DNA from: an uncultured Prevotellaceae bacterium
GTDB lineage: Bacteria > Bacteroidota > Bacteroidia > Bacteroidales > UBA3663
NCBI GenBank assembly: GCA_900319235.1
Contig: ONNR01000008.1
Span: forward strand, 37,902-101,901
DNA length: 64,000 nucleotides
Reading direction: 5' to 3'
Part shown: positions 29,218-37,480 of the stretch, one piece after another
Numbering within the stretch: the first letter of the stretch is position 1
Layout: every line of letters begins with the position of its first letter
Program-made: the position numbers and the translations under genes
Notes under the pieces: generated by a model
Seen by the model: the letters and a program-made list of their open reading frames with translations, nothing else
Told to the model about the DNA's origin: nothing
The model's database searches: none

Positions 29218-30263
29218 GTAAACTGACCAATTCACAAGTCGTACTTGGTGCCATCATCATCGGTTTCTTCATTGCATCGGCTATCTTTACCGCATCGGTC
29301 GATACTGATGATGTTGACAATACGCCCGAAGAGCCAGTGCAAATCGACACTACCACAGTTCAGGCCACCCAGGCACAGATGTCGCAAAGTGACAAGCCTG
29401 CCGTAAGCCCCCAGCAACCGGTGGTGAAGACCGAAGCCATCGAGGGTGACCCGATGGAGGAACTCAATTCGCTGATCGGTCTCGAGGAAGTGAAGGCCGA
29501 AGTACGTTCCCTGGCCAATATCGTCAAGGTGCAGAAGGAACGCGAGGCACAGGGTTTGAAGAATACGCCTATCACTTATCATTGCGTCTTCAGCGGCAGT
29601 CCTGGTACCGGCAAAACGACGGTAGCGCGCATCCTTGCTCGCATCTACAAGGACCTTGGCGTGCTGAAATCAGGTCATCTGGTCGAGACTGACCGTTCGG
29701 GACTTGTCGGCGAATACGTCGGCCAGACGGCACCCAAGACCAATGCCTTAATCGATTCGGCATTGGGCGGAGTGCTCTTCATCGACGAGGCTTACGCCTT
29801 GACCGAGAATAAGGGTAACGATTATGGGGGAGAGGCCATCGCGACACTGCTCAAACGCATGGAGGACAATCGCGACAACCTGGTGGTCATCGTGGCAGGA
29901 TACAAGGACGAGATGAAGCGTTTCGTCGATTCAAATCCTGGATTGCGTTCGCGTTTCACCCGCTTCATCGACTTCCCCGATTACACGGGCGAAGAACTGT
30001 ACAAGATCTATCTGATGCGTTCAAACAAATACGGCTACAAACTCGATGCCGACGCTGATGCCCTCCTGCAGGAGCAACTCAACAAGGCTGTGGAGCACAA
30101 GAACCGTTATTTTGGCAACGGACGCTATGTTCGCAATCTCTTCGAAAGCTGCGTCACCCATCAGGCCACCCGCCTGAGCGCCATCAGCAATCCTTCGGTC
30201 GAGCAGTTGCAGCAATTGACCAAGGAGGATGTCGAGAAGGCCTACGAATCGGTATTACAGTAA
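29214..30263 (+). CDS. membrane-anchored AAA+ ATPase (SpoVK/CbbX/EccA-like subfamily)
   Basis: N-terminal TM helix and a Pro/Gln-rich linker. Walker A GSPGTGKTT, Walker B LFIDEAY and the arginine-finger region GLRSRF. Confidence 0.85.
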   Translation: MSKLTNSQVVLGAIIIGFFIASAIFTASVDTDDVDNTPEEPVQIDTTTVQATQAQMSQSDKPAVSPQQPVVKTEAIEGDPMEELNSLIGLEEVKAEVRSLANIVKVQKEREAQGLKNTPITYHCVFSGSPGTGKTTVARILARIYKDLGVLKSGHLVETDRSGLVGEYVGQTAPKTNALIDSALGGVLFIDEAYALTENKGNDYGGEAIATLLKRMEDNRDNLVVIVAGYKDEMKRFVDSNPGLRSRFTRFIDFPDYTGEELYKIYLMRSNKYGYKLDADADALLQEQLNKAVEHKNRYFGNGRYVRNLFESCVTHQATRLSAISNPSVEQLQQLTKEDVEKAYESVLQ

Positions 30264-30371
30264 GGACCCTCTCTAATCCCCCTTTAAGGGGGAGGAGTGT
30301 CATCCAGAATAAAGATAATGATATTAATGCGCCCCGCAATTCATCCCTCTTTAAGGGTGACTGAGAGGGTC
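30264..30371 (+). other. nested inverted-repeat element (outer 9-bp stem enclosing two CCC..TTTAAGGG hairpins)
   Basis: GACCCTCTC (30265) pairs with GAGAGGGTC (30363). Inside are the palindrome TCCCCCTTTAAGGGGGA and a second CCCTCTTTAAGGG. TTTTAATTT follows. Confidence 0.6.
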
Positions 30372-30389
30372 TTTTAATTTAGTAAGATA

Positions 30390-31520
30390 ATGAAAAAGAG
30401 AATTTCGCTGCTATTCACAAGCATGTTGTTTGCAGCAACGGCAAGTGCCAATGATGCTGCATATTTCACTTCAGGCAATCAACTCATCCCCGTCAAGGAA
30501 ACCGACATCAGCATCCGGAAGGAAATCCTTACCATCGGCCTGCAGGATGATGGCAAAGCCGACATAACCGTCTATTATGAGTTCTTCAACCCAGGCACGA
30601 CCGACAAGACGATTCTGATGGGCTTCGAGGCTGATCCTTCGTACAACGATGACTACGAATTTCATGCCGATGGTGTTCACCCGCACATCTTCGATTTCAC
30701 CGTCGAGATGAACGGTGAAAAACTTTCGTACAAGAATGCTGTCTGTCTGGAGGGCCTGCCCGATGGTTTGCAGCCACTTGACATGAATAAATACGAGATA
30801 ACTGAAGAGACCGTTACCTCGGTGCGTCCCGTCGGCAACGACACACTCTTTATTCCCTTCGCTTACGTCTATTATTTCGAAGCCACCTTTAAGCCTGGTA
30901 TCAATAAGATACAGCATACCTATAAATATACGGAATCCAATGGTGTGGGCTTCTCTTACCAGATTGACTACAAATTGTCGCCTGCCACTCGTTGGGCAAA
31001 TCATCAGATCGACGACTTCACGCTCGTCATCCGTGCCAACAACACAGCAAAGCACTTCTTCCTCGACGAACAAGCCTTCAACATGGCACCCTGGGTGCTG
31101 TCAGAAGGGGAGGGCAAGCAGCGTGTCACCAACAATTATGATGAATCCTTACGCGAGTTTTCGCTCCGCAATGGTGCATTCACCTGGCACAAAACCAACT
31201 TTTGCCCTAGTAGAGAATTAACGATCACTTCAGCCGACGAGATTTACTTGTTCAACGATAATGCTCCATTCGGCTCATTCTACGACCGCGGTTCTTCACT
31301 GGAATTGTATTATGGAGAAGGAAGGACCAAATACACTATGGAAGAAAGTCTGCGACGCCGCGTCGCTCACAACCTTCCCTATGCTCACCGTGGCCACGTC
31401 TTCAAGGATCCTGTGCTTAACGCATACTTCCGCGCACTCTGGTGGTATATGCCCAATCCTTATTACAAGGACGACCAGAGCGACTTCACCGATGTTGATA
31501 GGCAGTATTTGAGTTATTAA
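30390..31520 (+). CDS. secreted YARHG domain-containing protein
   Basis: Signal peptide. C-terminal LPYAHRGHVFKD..LNAYF matches the YARHG motif. The N-terminal beta-rich domain is unassigned (DUF4424-like impression only). Confidence 0.7.
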   Translation: MKKRISLLFTSMLFAATASANDAAYFTSGNQLIPVKETDISIRKEILTIGLQDDGKADITVYYEFFNPGTTDKTILMGFEADPSYNDDYEFHADGVHPHIFDFTVEMNGEKLSYKNAVCLEGLPDGLQPLDMNKYEITEETVTSVRPVGNDTLFIPFAYVYYFEATFKPGINKIQHTYKYTESNGVGFSYQIDYKLSPATRWANHQIDDFTLVIRANNTAKHFFLDEQAFNMAPWVLSEGEGKQRVTNNYDESLREFSLRNGAFTWHKTNFCPSRELTITSADEIYLFNDNAPFGSFYDRGSSLELYYGEGRTKYTMEESLRRRVAHNLPYAHRGHVFKDPVLNAYFRALWWYMPNPYYKDDQSDFTDVDRQYLSY

Positions 31521-31609
31521 GTTGGTCTCGGTTTTTCGGTATTTTGAAATACCGGTTTACCATAATACCGAAATGCCGATATTCCGATAAATATAACCTC
31601 ATACAAAAA

Positions 31610-31640
31610 CATCGCCATAATGTCTTTGGCGGTGTTTTTA
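31610..31640. terminator. bidirectional terminator between convergent genes
   Basis: CATCGCCA-loop-TGGCGGTG, flanked by AAAAA upstream and TTTTTATTTTT downstream. Confidence 0.65.
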
Positions 31641-31644
31641 TTTT

Positions 31645-32583
31645 TCAAAACTTCTTGACACGGAGATGGCAATAAGGTTCGCCACCCGTCTTTTCGTAAT
31701 AGCGCTGATGATATGCCTCGCCGATGTAGAATTTCTGAGCGGGGAGGAGTAGGGTGTTCACCACGTCGCCACGACTTCGAAGATAATCAATCACATTTTC
31801 AGCTGTCTTCTTTTGAGCCTCATTGCGATAGAAGAGGCAACTGCGGTATTGTGGACCAAGGTCGGGACCGACTCCATCGGTTTGCGCGGGATCATGAATC
31901 TCGAAAAACACTTGACATAGTTTCTCGTAAGTCGTCACCTTCGGATCGTACTCGACGATGATGGCTTCGACGTGGTGCGTCTTGTGGTCGCGTACGTCGG
32001 CGTAGGTCGGGTATTCCTCATCGCCTCCCGTATAGCCTGCCAGGGTGCGCTTGATGCCTGGCTCCTTGTCGTATTGATGCTGCACGCCCCAGAAGCATCC
32101 GCAGGCGAAGATAGCCACTTCGGTGTCGGAATCCTTTGGCGCCACATAAAGATCGACCTTCGAACATTCTTCAATCGCCTTTCGAACCATCTCCAATGCA
32201 GGGCCATGTTTCTGCTGGAGGTCAGGATAGGCTTTGCCTCGTGCAAAATTGTGCTGCAAGTCATTGTATTTCACTTGCAATGCGATTGGGTTGCCCGAAT
32301 CAATAATCCTTTGTACATAGTCGTAGTAAGGCATGTCTTTCGGATGGGTGAGGAGGCGGAGCGCATTGACCACACCCACGGGAATGCCAGCCTCGAGAAG
32401 GTCGTTGAAGGTGTAGTCGCTGTCCTCCACCACGTCGTGCAGGAATCCAGCCATCTTCTCTTCGTCGGTATGGCCCATATGGCCAACGGTCAGCGGATGA
32501 AGGATCACGGGATAACCATCTCGGTCGAGTTGCCCGGCATAGGCAGTTGTCGCAATCTTGAGCGCAATATCTATGGGATGCAT
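31645..32583 (-). CDS. msrA: fusion protein: HD-domain (RelA/SpoT-hydrolase-like) N-terminus plus peptide-methionine (S)-S-oxide reductase
   Basis: N-terminus has AYAGQ.DR.G.P...HPL.V and FLHDVVEDSD (alarmone-hydrolase HD signature). C-terminus has the GCFWG MsrA active site and GYTGG. Confidence 0.85.
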   Translation of the reverse strand: MHPIDIALKIATTAYAGQLDRDGYPVILHPLTVGHMGHTDEEKMAGFLHDVVEDSDYTFNDLLEAGIPVGVVNALRLLTHPKDMPYYDYVQRIIDSGNPIALQVKYNDLQHNFARGKAYPDLQQKHGPALEMVRKAIEECSKVDLYVAPKDSDTEVAIFACGCFWGVQHQYDKEPGIKRTLAGYTGGDEEYPTYADVRDHKTHHVEAIIVEYDPKVTTYEKLCQVFFEIHDPAQTDGVGPDLGPQYRSCLFYRNEAQKKTAENVIDYLRSRGDVVNTLLLPAQKFYIGEAYHQRYYEKTGGEPYCHLRVKKF

Positions 32584-32597
32584 TATTACTAAATGAT

Positions 32598-32713
32598 AAT
32601 AAGGAATATTAAGGGATAAGAAGGGTCATTAGAGGATAATAAGGGATATTAGGAGATATTATTAAGGGATATTAAGGGACAAATGATTGTTGTGGCCCAT
32701 TCTATCCCTTAAT
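32598..32713. repeat. about 8 direct copies of a 10-11-nt word TAAGGGATAT, plus one inverted copy overlapping the upstream gene's stop
   Basis: taaggaatattaagggataagaagggtcattagaggataataagggatattaggagatattattaagggatattaaggga, then tatcccttaa at 32703. Confidence 0.8.
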
Positions 32714-33950
32714 AACCATCTTGCTGAGAATTACTCTTTGAGCCCTTGCTGAATCGTCGCAGCGCTTCGGTTACAATGATGATGCCGAACACGATAGCAA
32801 CGGTTACCTTCAACGCCAGGAATCCGCTTTGAAGGGCTGCACCGAGTTGGTCGCTGACGATGTTGTAACTCGTCCAAAACACACCCGCACCAGGCACAAG
32901 CGGGAAGATGCCGCACACCAGAAAGACGATGACCGGACATTTCAGACGTTTGGCGAAGAAATAGGCTGTTAGCACCACCACAATTGTGGCAAAGAACGTC
33001 GCTTCGACAGGGCTAGCTCCGGCCAGACGTGTCAGGCACATATAGGCTATCCACCCGAATGTACCCGAAATGCCGCATGCCACATAGTAACGGCGAGGTA
33101 CTCCGAAGAGTACGGCAAAGGCACCGGTACCGAAGAAGGCAGCAAGGATTTGGAAAAGCCAATTGCTTGTAAATGGGTCGGTTAGCATACCATGCAGTTC
33201 AATCATACTGCCCTCGATATGACTATCGACGAGAAAGGTGATACTCACACCTATGGCGATGCATAGGAACACCATCAGGGCGTCCAGCAGTCGTGTGGCA
33301 CCAGCAATATAGTCTTCGGCAGCAAGGTCACGGATACCGTTGGTGAAAGGCACACCAGGGATGAGCGGAATGATGGCGCCGATCATGATGTTGCCCAAAT
33401 GTCCAAGTCCCAAGTTATGAGCCAGGATGCAGAACACCGTTACCAGAGCGCCTCCCAGGATGTTAGCAGTTACTTTCGAGAAGTTCGGGGCGCTGAAAAA
33501 CAAGACGAAACACCAAAGCAGGATACCTGAAAGGAACGAGATGGCGCAATCAATCAGTCCACCGCCGAAGATGGCACAGAAACCAGCAGAACCAACTGCC
33601 GACGCCGCAATCTGCTCCCAAGCAGGATGGGGCGGGAGCGTGCGAATGCGTTGCAGTTCCTTGTTGGCATCATCGAGCGTATATTTGCCCGCTTCGATGT
33701 CACGCGACAATTTGGTAACAGCCACCACCTTGTCAAGCTGGGTGCCATGGAATGGGATAAACTCCACATTCGCATAACCGCCTTGACCTGTGGTGAAGAT
33801 GCCATTGCTGAGCACAAAGAAGTTGCTCGAACTCACGCCATAACACGCCGAGATGCGTTGCATGACTTCTTCGACACGCGATATCTCGGCTCCGTTTTCG
33901 AGCATGATGTGTCCGGCTTGACTGGCAATATCTAAGGCACTTTCTTTCAT
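32709..33950 (-). CDS. threonine/serine exporter family protein (ThrE; fused DUF1212 and DUF3815 halves)
   Basis: GAEISRVEE motif and a 10-TM layout. Start moved to MKESALD because a -7 box lies inside the longer ORF. Confidence 0.8.
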   Translation of the reverse strand: MKESALDIASQAGHIMLENGAEISRVEEVMQRISACYGVSSSNFFVLSNGIFTTGQGGYANVEFIPFHGTQLDKVVAVTKLSRDIEAGKYTLDDANKELQRIRTLPPHPAWEQIAASAVGSAGFCAIFGGGLIDCAISFLSGILLWCFVLFFSAPNFSKVTANILGGALVTVFCILAHNLGLGHLGNIMIGAIIPLIPGVPFTNGIRDLAAEDYIAGATRLLDALMVFLCIAIGVSITFLVDSHIEGSMIELHGMLTDPFTSNWLFQILAAFFGTGAFAVLFGVPRRYYVACGISGTFGWIAYMCLTRLAGASPVEATFFATIVVVLTAYFFAKRLKCPVIVFLVCGIFPLVPGAGVFWTSYNIVSDQLGAALQSGFLALKVTVAIVFGIIIVTEALRRFSKGSKSNSQQDGY

Positions 33951-33971
33951 TTGTTCTTCATTTTTCGGGCA

Positions 33972-33979
33972 CAAAAATA
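33972..33979 (-). promoter_or_regulatory. -7 box TATTTTTG
   Basis: TAnnTTTG on the minus strand, 22 nt upstream of ATG 33950. Confidence 0.55.
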
Positions 33980-34062
33980 GTATTTTTTTCATGAAATGCG
34001 CAAAAATATGCCCGAAAATACGATTTTTACCCTCAGTCTTTGTCTGATTAATCTATTTTTGC

Positions 34063-34070
34063 TATCTTTG
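34063..34070 (+). promoter_or_regulatory. -7 box TATCTTTG
   Basis: TAnnTTTG 37 nt upstream of ATG 34107. A second match, TATTTTTG, lies at 34054. Confidence 0.55.
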
Positions 34071-34106
34071 TACCGCTTTTATTAATACATTATTTAATTT
34101 AAAACT

Positions 34107-34685
34107 ATGAAAAAAATTCTTTCATTATTTATGGTTGCGGCTGCACTTTTCGCTACAACCTCGTGTGCACAAAAAGCTTCAAGTGTGGAGATTTCCTTCA
34201 ATTACGAGCATCAGGATGGACCTGGTTCGAACCAGTATGCCGTATGGGTAGAGAATGCCCAAGGTAAGGTGGTTCGAACGCTCTTCGTCACCTCATTTAC
34301 CACCAAGGGAAGAGCTCGTGGCGACGAGGAACTTGTCCGCGGATATATCAAGCGACCTGCTTGCGTTCCTGATTGGGTTAAGGCTGTGAATGCCAACGAG
34401 TTGAGCGATGAGGAACTGGATGCTTTCACTGGTGCCACACCTCAGAGTAATGGTGTTCAGACATTTACCTGGGACTTCAAGGATCAGCGTGGTGTGATTG
34501 TTCCGAAAGGCGAGTACAAGATTATTGTCGAAGCTACGCTCATCTTCGATAGCGATGTGAAGTACGTGGCAACTATCTCGACTGACGACGAAATCAACAA
34601 GACGCTGGAATTCACCGAAACTATCACGAAAGAGAACTATACGCATAGGGGTATGATCAAGAACGTGACTGGTATCACAAAGTGA
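34107..34685 (+). CDS. lipoprotein, DUF2271-like
   Basis: Lipobox TTSC. The QYAVWVENAQGKVVRTLFVT pattern recalls DUF2271 periplasmic proteins. Confidence 0.55.
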   Translation: MKKILSLFMVAAALFATTSCAQKASSVEISFNYEHQDGPGSNQYAVWVENAQGKVVRTLFVTSFTTKGRARGDEELVRGYIKRPACVPDWVKAVNANELSDEELDAFTGATPQSNGVQTFTWDFKDQRGVIVPKGEYKIIVEATLIFDSDVKYVATISTDDEINKTLEFTETITKENYTHRGMIKNVTGITK

Positions 34686-34697
34686 TCTATTTCTTTA

Positions 34698-34803
34698 ACA
34701 CGAATTATCACGAATTAGTCACGATTTTTCCATAAAGTTTTTTTCTGTGAAGTCATTCAACTCTGATGTTTTTATCACGAATTAGCGAATTAGCGAATTA
34801 TTA
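34698..34803. repeat. two CACGAATTA-family word stutters
   Basis: aacacgaattatcacgaattagtcacgatt (34698) and ttatcacgaattagcgaattagcgaattatt (34772). Confidence 0.75.
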
Positions 34804-34836
34804 TTTACTCTAAGGATTAAGACGGATTATTACAGT

Positions 34837-34891
34837 AGGATAGCCAAAAGTTCTTTGGGGACTCCAAAGGGTAGAAGGCTATCCTATTTTT
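34837..34891 (+). terminator. nested long hairpin with U-run (terminator or small RNA 3' end)
   Basis: The outer stem AGGATAGCC...GGCTATCCT encloses CTTTGG-GGACT-CCAAAG. ATTTTT follows. Confidence 0.5.
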
Positions 34892-35021
34892 CAATAAACC
34901 AACTTAACATAATCCCAATTAAAGAATAATAATATAGGTTTTCCTAAGCAAATTGACCAATGGTAAACGCAGATGGCTGAATAATGATTATTCAAATACT
35001 GATATTACACCTTATTATATA

Positions 35022-35051
35022 TAAAAAGCCCCAAACTTAATGTCTGGGGCT
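35022..35051 (-). terminator. rho-independent terminator of the minus-strand operon
   Basis: AGCCCCA-loop-TGGGGCT with TTTTT on the minus strand, about 100 nt downstream of the stop at 35152. Confidence 0.7.
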
Positions 35052-35151
35052 AAATTTGATAAATGAATTAGAAATAATCTGAAATTATTACTCTTTCATA
35101 AAATACGATAATATTCGAATTCGCGATAATAAAAAATTATGCAATAGCAAA

Positions 35152-36180
35152 TCAAAGATTTTCGTAACGTGGTGAGAATGTATCACCCTTCGTGATGTCG
35201 CCAGTCCTGATGCCGAGTTTCAGCCAACGGTTACGCTGTTCGCTTGTACCATGGTTGAACGACTCAGGCACAACGTATCCACGAGCCTTCTTCTGCAGAT
35301 AGTCGTCGCCGATCTTCGAAGCGGCATTCAGACCTTCTTCGATATCGCCTTCCTCCAGCGAGCCGAACATTGCATTGTCCTGATGAGCCCAAACGCCAGC
35401 ATAGAAGTCGGCCTGCAACTCAAGACGTACGCTGAGCTGGTTGGCTTCCTTGCTGTCCTGACCATAACGAGCCATCTGAGCATGCACTTTTTCAAGCGTG
35501 CCGAGCTGGTTCTGAACATGATGTCCAATCTCGTGGGCAATCACGTAAGCATAGGCAAAGTCGCCATCGGCACCAATCTGCTGCTTCATAGTCATAAAGA
35601 ACGAAAGGTCGATGTAAACAGTCTGATCAGCAGAGCAATAGAATGGTCCTGTGCTCGACGAAGCAGCGCCACAGCCCGAACGAACGGCATCGGTAAAGAG
35701 CACGAGCTTCGGAGCCTGATAGGTCTTGCCCATCTTCTGGAAATATGCTGTCCACACGTCTTCGGTGCCAGCCAGAATCTTCTTGGTGAAGGTTGCAAGT
35801 TCCTCCTCTTGTTCGCTGCCTTGGTAAGGTGTGGTTGGCTGCTCGGTGTCGTCATCGCCGTAGCTGGCACCCAGGCCACCACCCGACATCATACCGCCGA
35901 GGATGTCAGAGCATCCACTGTTGCCACCCATGCCACCCAACAGGAAGAAGAGCACCAGCAGAACCAGCAGGATCATGATGCAACCGCATCCACCCTTACC
36001 GCCGCCGGCAGCATTGTTTGTACCGCCGCCCGAGCCGCGCTTCATCAGGAAAAGCTGAAGCAAGAGCTGAAGCAGGTTAAAGCCACCACCGCCGGAGCTG
36101 AATCCTCCGAATCCACCGCCGCTCGATTGACCGCGACGATCCACTACATTACCGCTTTCGCGACGTCCATTTAGATCCAT
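35152..36180 (-). CDS. ypfJ: YpfJ-family neutral zinc metallopeptidase
   Basis: Gly-rich N-terminus, TM segment, HExxH (AHEIGHHVQ) and the C-terminal HGTSEQR motif. Confidence 0.85.
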   Translation of the reverse strand: MDLNGRRESGNVVDRRGQSSGGGFGGFSSGGGGFNLLQLLLQLFLMKRGSGGGTNNAAGGGKGGCGCIMILLVLLVLFFLLGGMGGNSGCSDILGGMMSGGGLGASYGDDDTEQPTTPYQGSEQEEELATFTKKILAGTEDVWTAYFQKMGKTYQAPKLVLFTDAVRSGCGAASSSTGPFYCSADQTVYIDLSFFMTMKQQIGADGDFAYAYVIAHEIGHHVQNQLGTLEKVHAQMARYGQDSKEANQLSVRLELQADFYAGVWAHQDNAMFGSLEEGDIEEGLNAASKIGDDYLQKKARGYVVPESFNHGTSEQRNRWLKLGIRTGDITKGDTFSPRYENL

Positions 36181-36197
36181 GTTATTAAGTTTTTTGG

Positions 36198-36659
36198 TTA
36201 AAGATTGATTTTTTCCTTCACGATAAACATATCCTTGGCATAGCCAGGGAATGTCTTGCGCAATTTGGCCAACATCGAACTGGCCTCTTCCGAGGTGCGG
36301 AAGTCACCTACCGACACGCGCCAGTTGGGCGTCTTGAATGCCACATAGGTAGGCAGTTCGGGCATTTCCTGGTTGATATACGCCTGGATGGAATAGCAGC
36401 GATTCTTGGATTGCGTCTGCTGATTGCCCGAGAAAACGCGTATGCGATAACCCATGACATTCTGCGCGGTTTCACCCGAACGGGTGCCGTTGGCATAGTA
36501 TGCATGCGGCTCATTTCCAACGAGTTCGGTGAGACGACTATCCTGCTGGATGGTCACACGTCCAGTCTCCTGCAGGTAGGTACAGATATCCTGCGATTCC
36601 TGCCCGTGGGCAAATGCGATCGAACAAATGAAGAAGAGCGAGATAAGGATTCTTTTCAT
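36198..36659 (-). CDS. SPOR domain-containing protein
   Basis: Signal peptide MKRILISLFFICSIAFA. C-terminal YRIRVFSG...WRVSVGDFRTSEEA SPOR pattern. Confidence 0.8.
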   Translation of the reverse strand: MKRILISLFFICSIAFAHGQESQDICTYLQETGRVTIQQDSRLTELVGNEPHAYYANGTRSGETAQNVMGYRIRVFSGNQQTQSKNRCYSIQAYINQEMPELPTYVAFKTPNWRVSVGDFRTSEEASSMLAKLRKTFPGYAKDMFIVKEKINL

Positions 36660-36724
36660 CACGAATGAAAGCCACGAAGGGTGAAACTGCAATGCGTCCA
36701 CCCTTCGCGTCAGATGGTTAAAGA

Positions 36725-37480
36725 TTACTTCCAAGCCTCGATGATAGGCATAAAGGTATCTACCTTGAGGGCAGCACCACCGATCAGGCCACCGTCGATG
36801 TCGGGCTGGGCAAAGAGCTCAGGAGCATTGGAGCCCTTGCAGCTGCCGCCATAGAGAATGCTGGTGTTGTCAGCCACGGCTGCATCGTACTTCTTGGCAA
36901 TAGATGCGCGGATGAAGGCGTGAACCTCCTCAGCCTGCTCGCTGGTAGCGGTCAGACCGGTACCGATAGCCCAAACGGGCTCGTAAGCAACGACGCACTT
37001 GGCAAAGTCCTCAGCCGAAAGGGTGTAGAGAGCCTCCATCTGGCCTTCGATAACCTCCTTGTAGGTGCCATTGACACGCTCCTCCTTCACTTCGCCAACG
37101 CAGAAGATTGGAGTAAGGCCATTGGCAAGAGCCTGCTGGAGCTTGGCAACGAGCAGCTCGTTGTTCTCGCCGTGGTACTGGCGACGCTCAGAATGACCGA
37201 GGATGACATACTTGGCACCCGTCGAAGCGATCATGTTGGCAGCAACCTCGCCTGTATAGGCGCCCTTCTCGTGAGCAGAGCAATCCTCGGCACCAACGCC
37301 GATGACGCTACCCTCGACAGCCTTGACTACCGATGCTACAGAGATGAATGGAGTACAAACGACAACGTCGCAATTGACCTTCTTGCCTGCAAGGGCCTCC
37401 TTGAGACCTTCAGCAAGTGCTATGCCTTCCTGGAGAGTGGTATTCATCTTCCAGTTGCCGGCTACGATTTTCTTACGCAT
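36725..37480 (-). CDS. tpiA: triose-phosphate isomerase
   Basis: [19 protein letters not shown], the VGE catalytic Glu region and GGASLK-like GGAALK. 251 aa counted from the internal ATG at 37480. Confidence 0.95.
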   Translation of the reverse strand: MRKKIVAGNWKMNTTLQEGIALAEGLKEALAGKKVNCDVVVCTPFISVASVVKAVEGSVIGVGAEDCSAHEKGAYTGEVAANMIASTGAKYVILGHSERRQYHGENNELLVAKLQQALANGLTPIFCVGEVKEERVNGTYKEVIEGQMEALYTLSAEDFAKCVVAYEPVWAIGTGLTATSEQAEEVHAFIRASIAKKYDAAVADNTSILYGGSCKGSNAPELFAQPDIDGGLIGGAALKVDTFMPIIEAWK

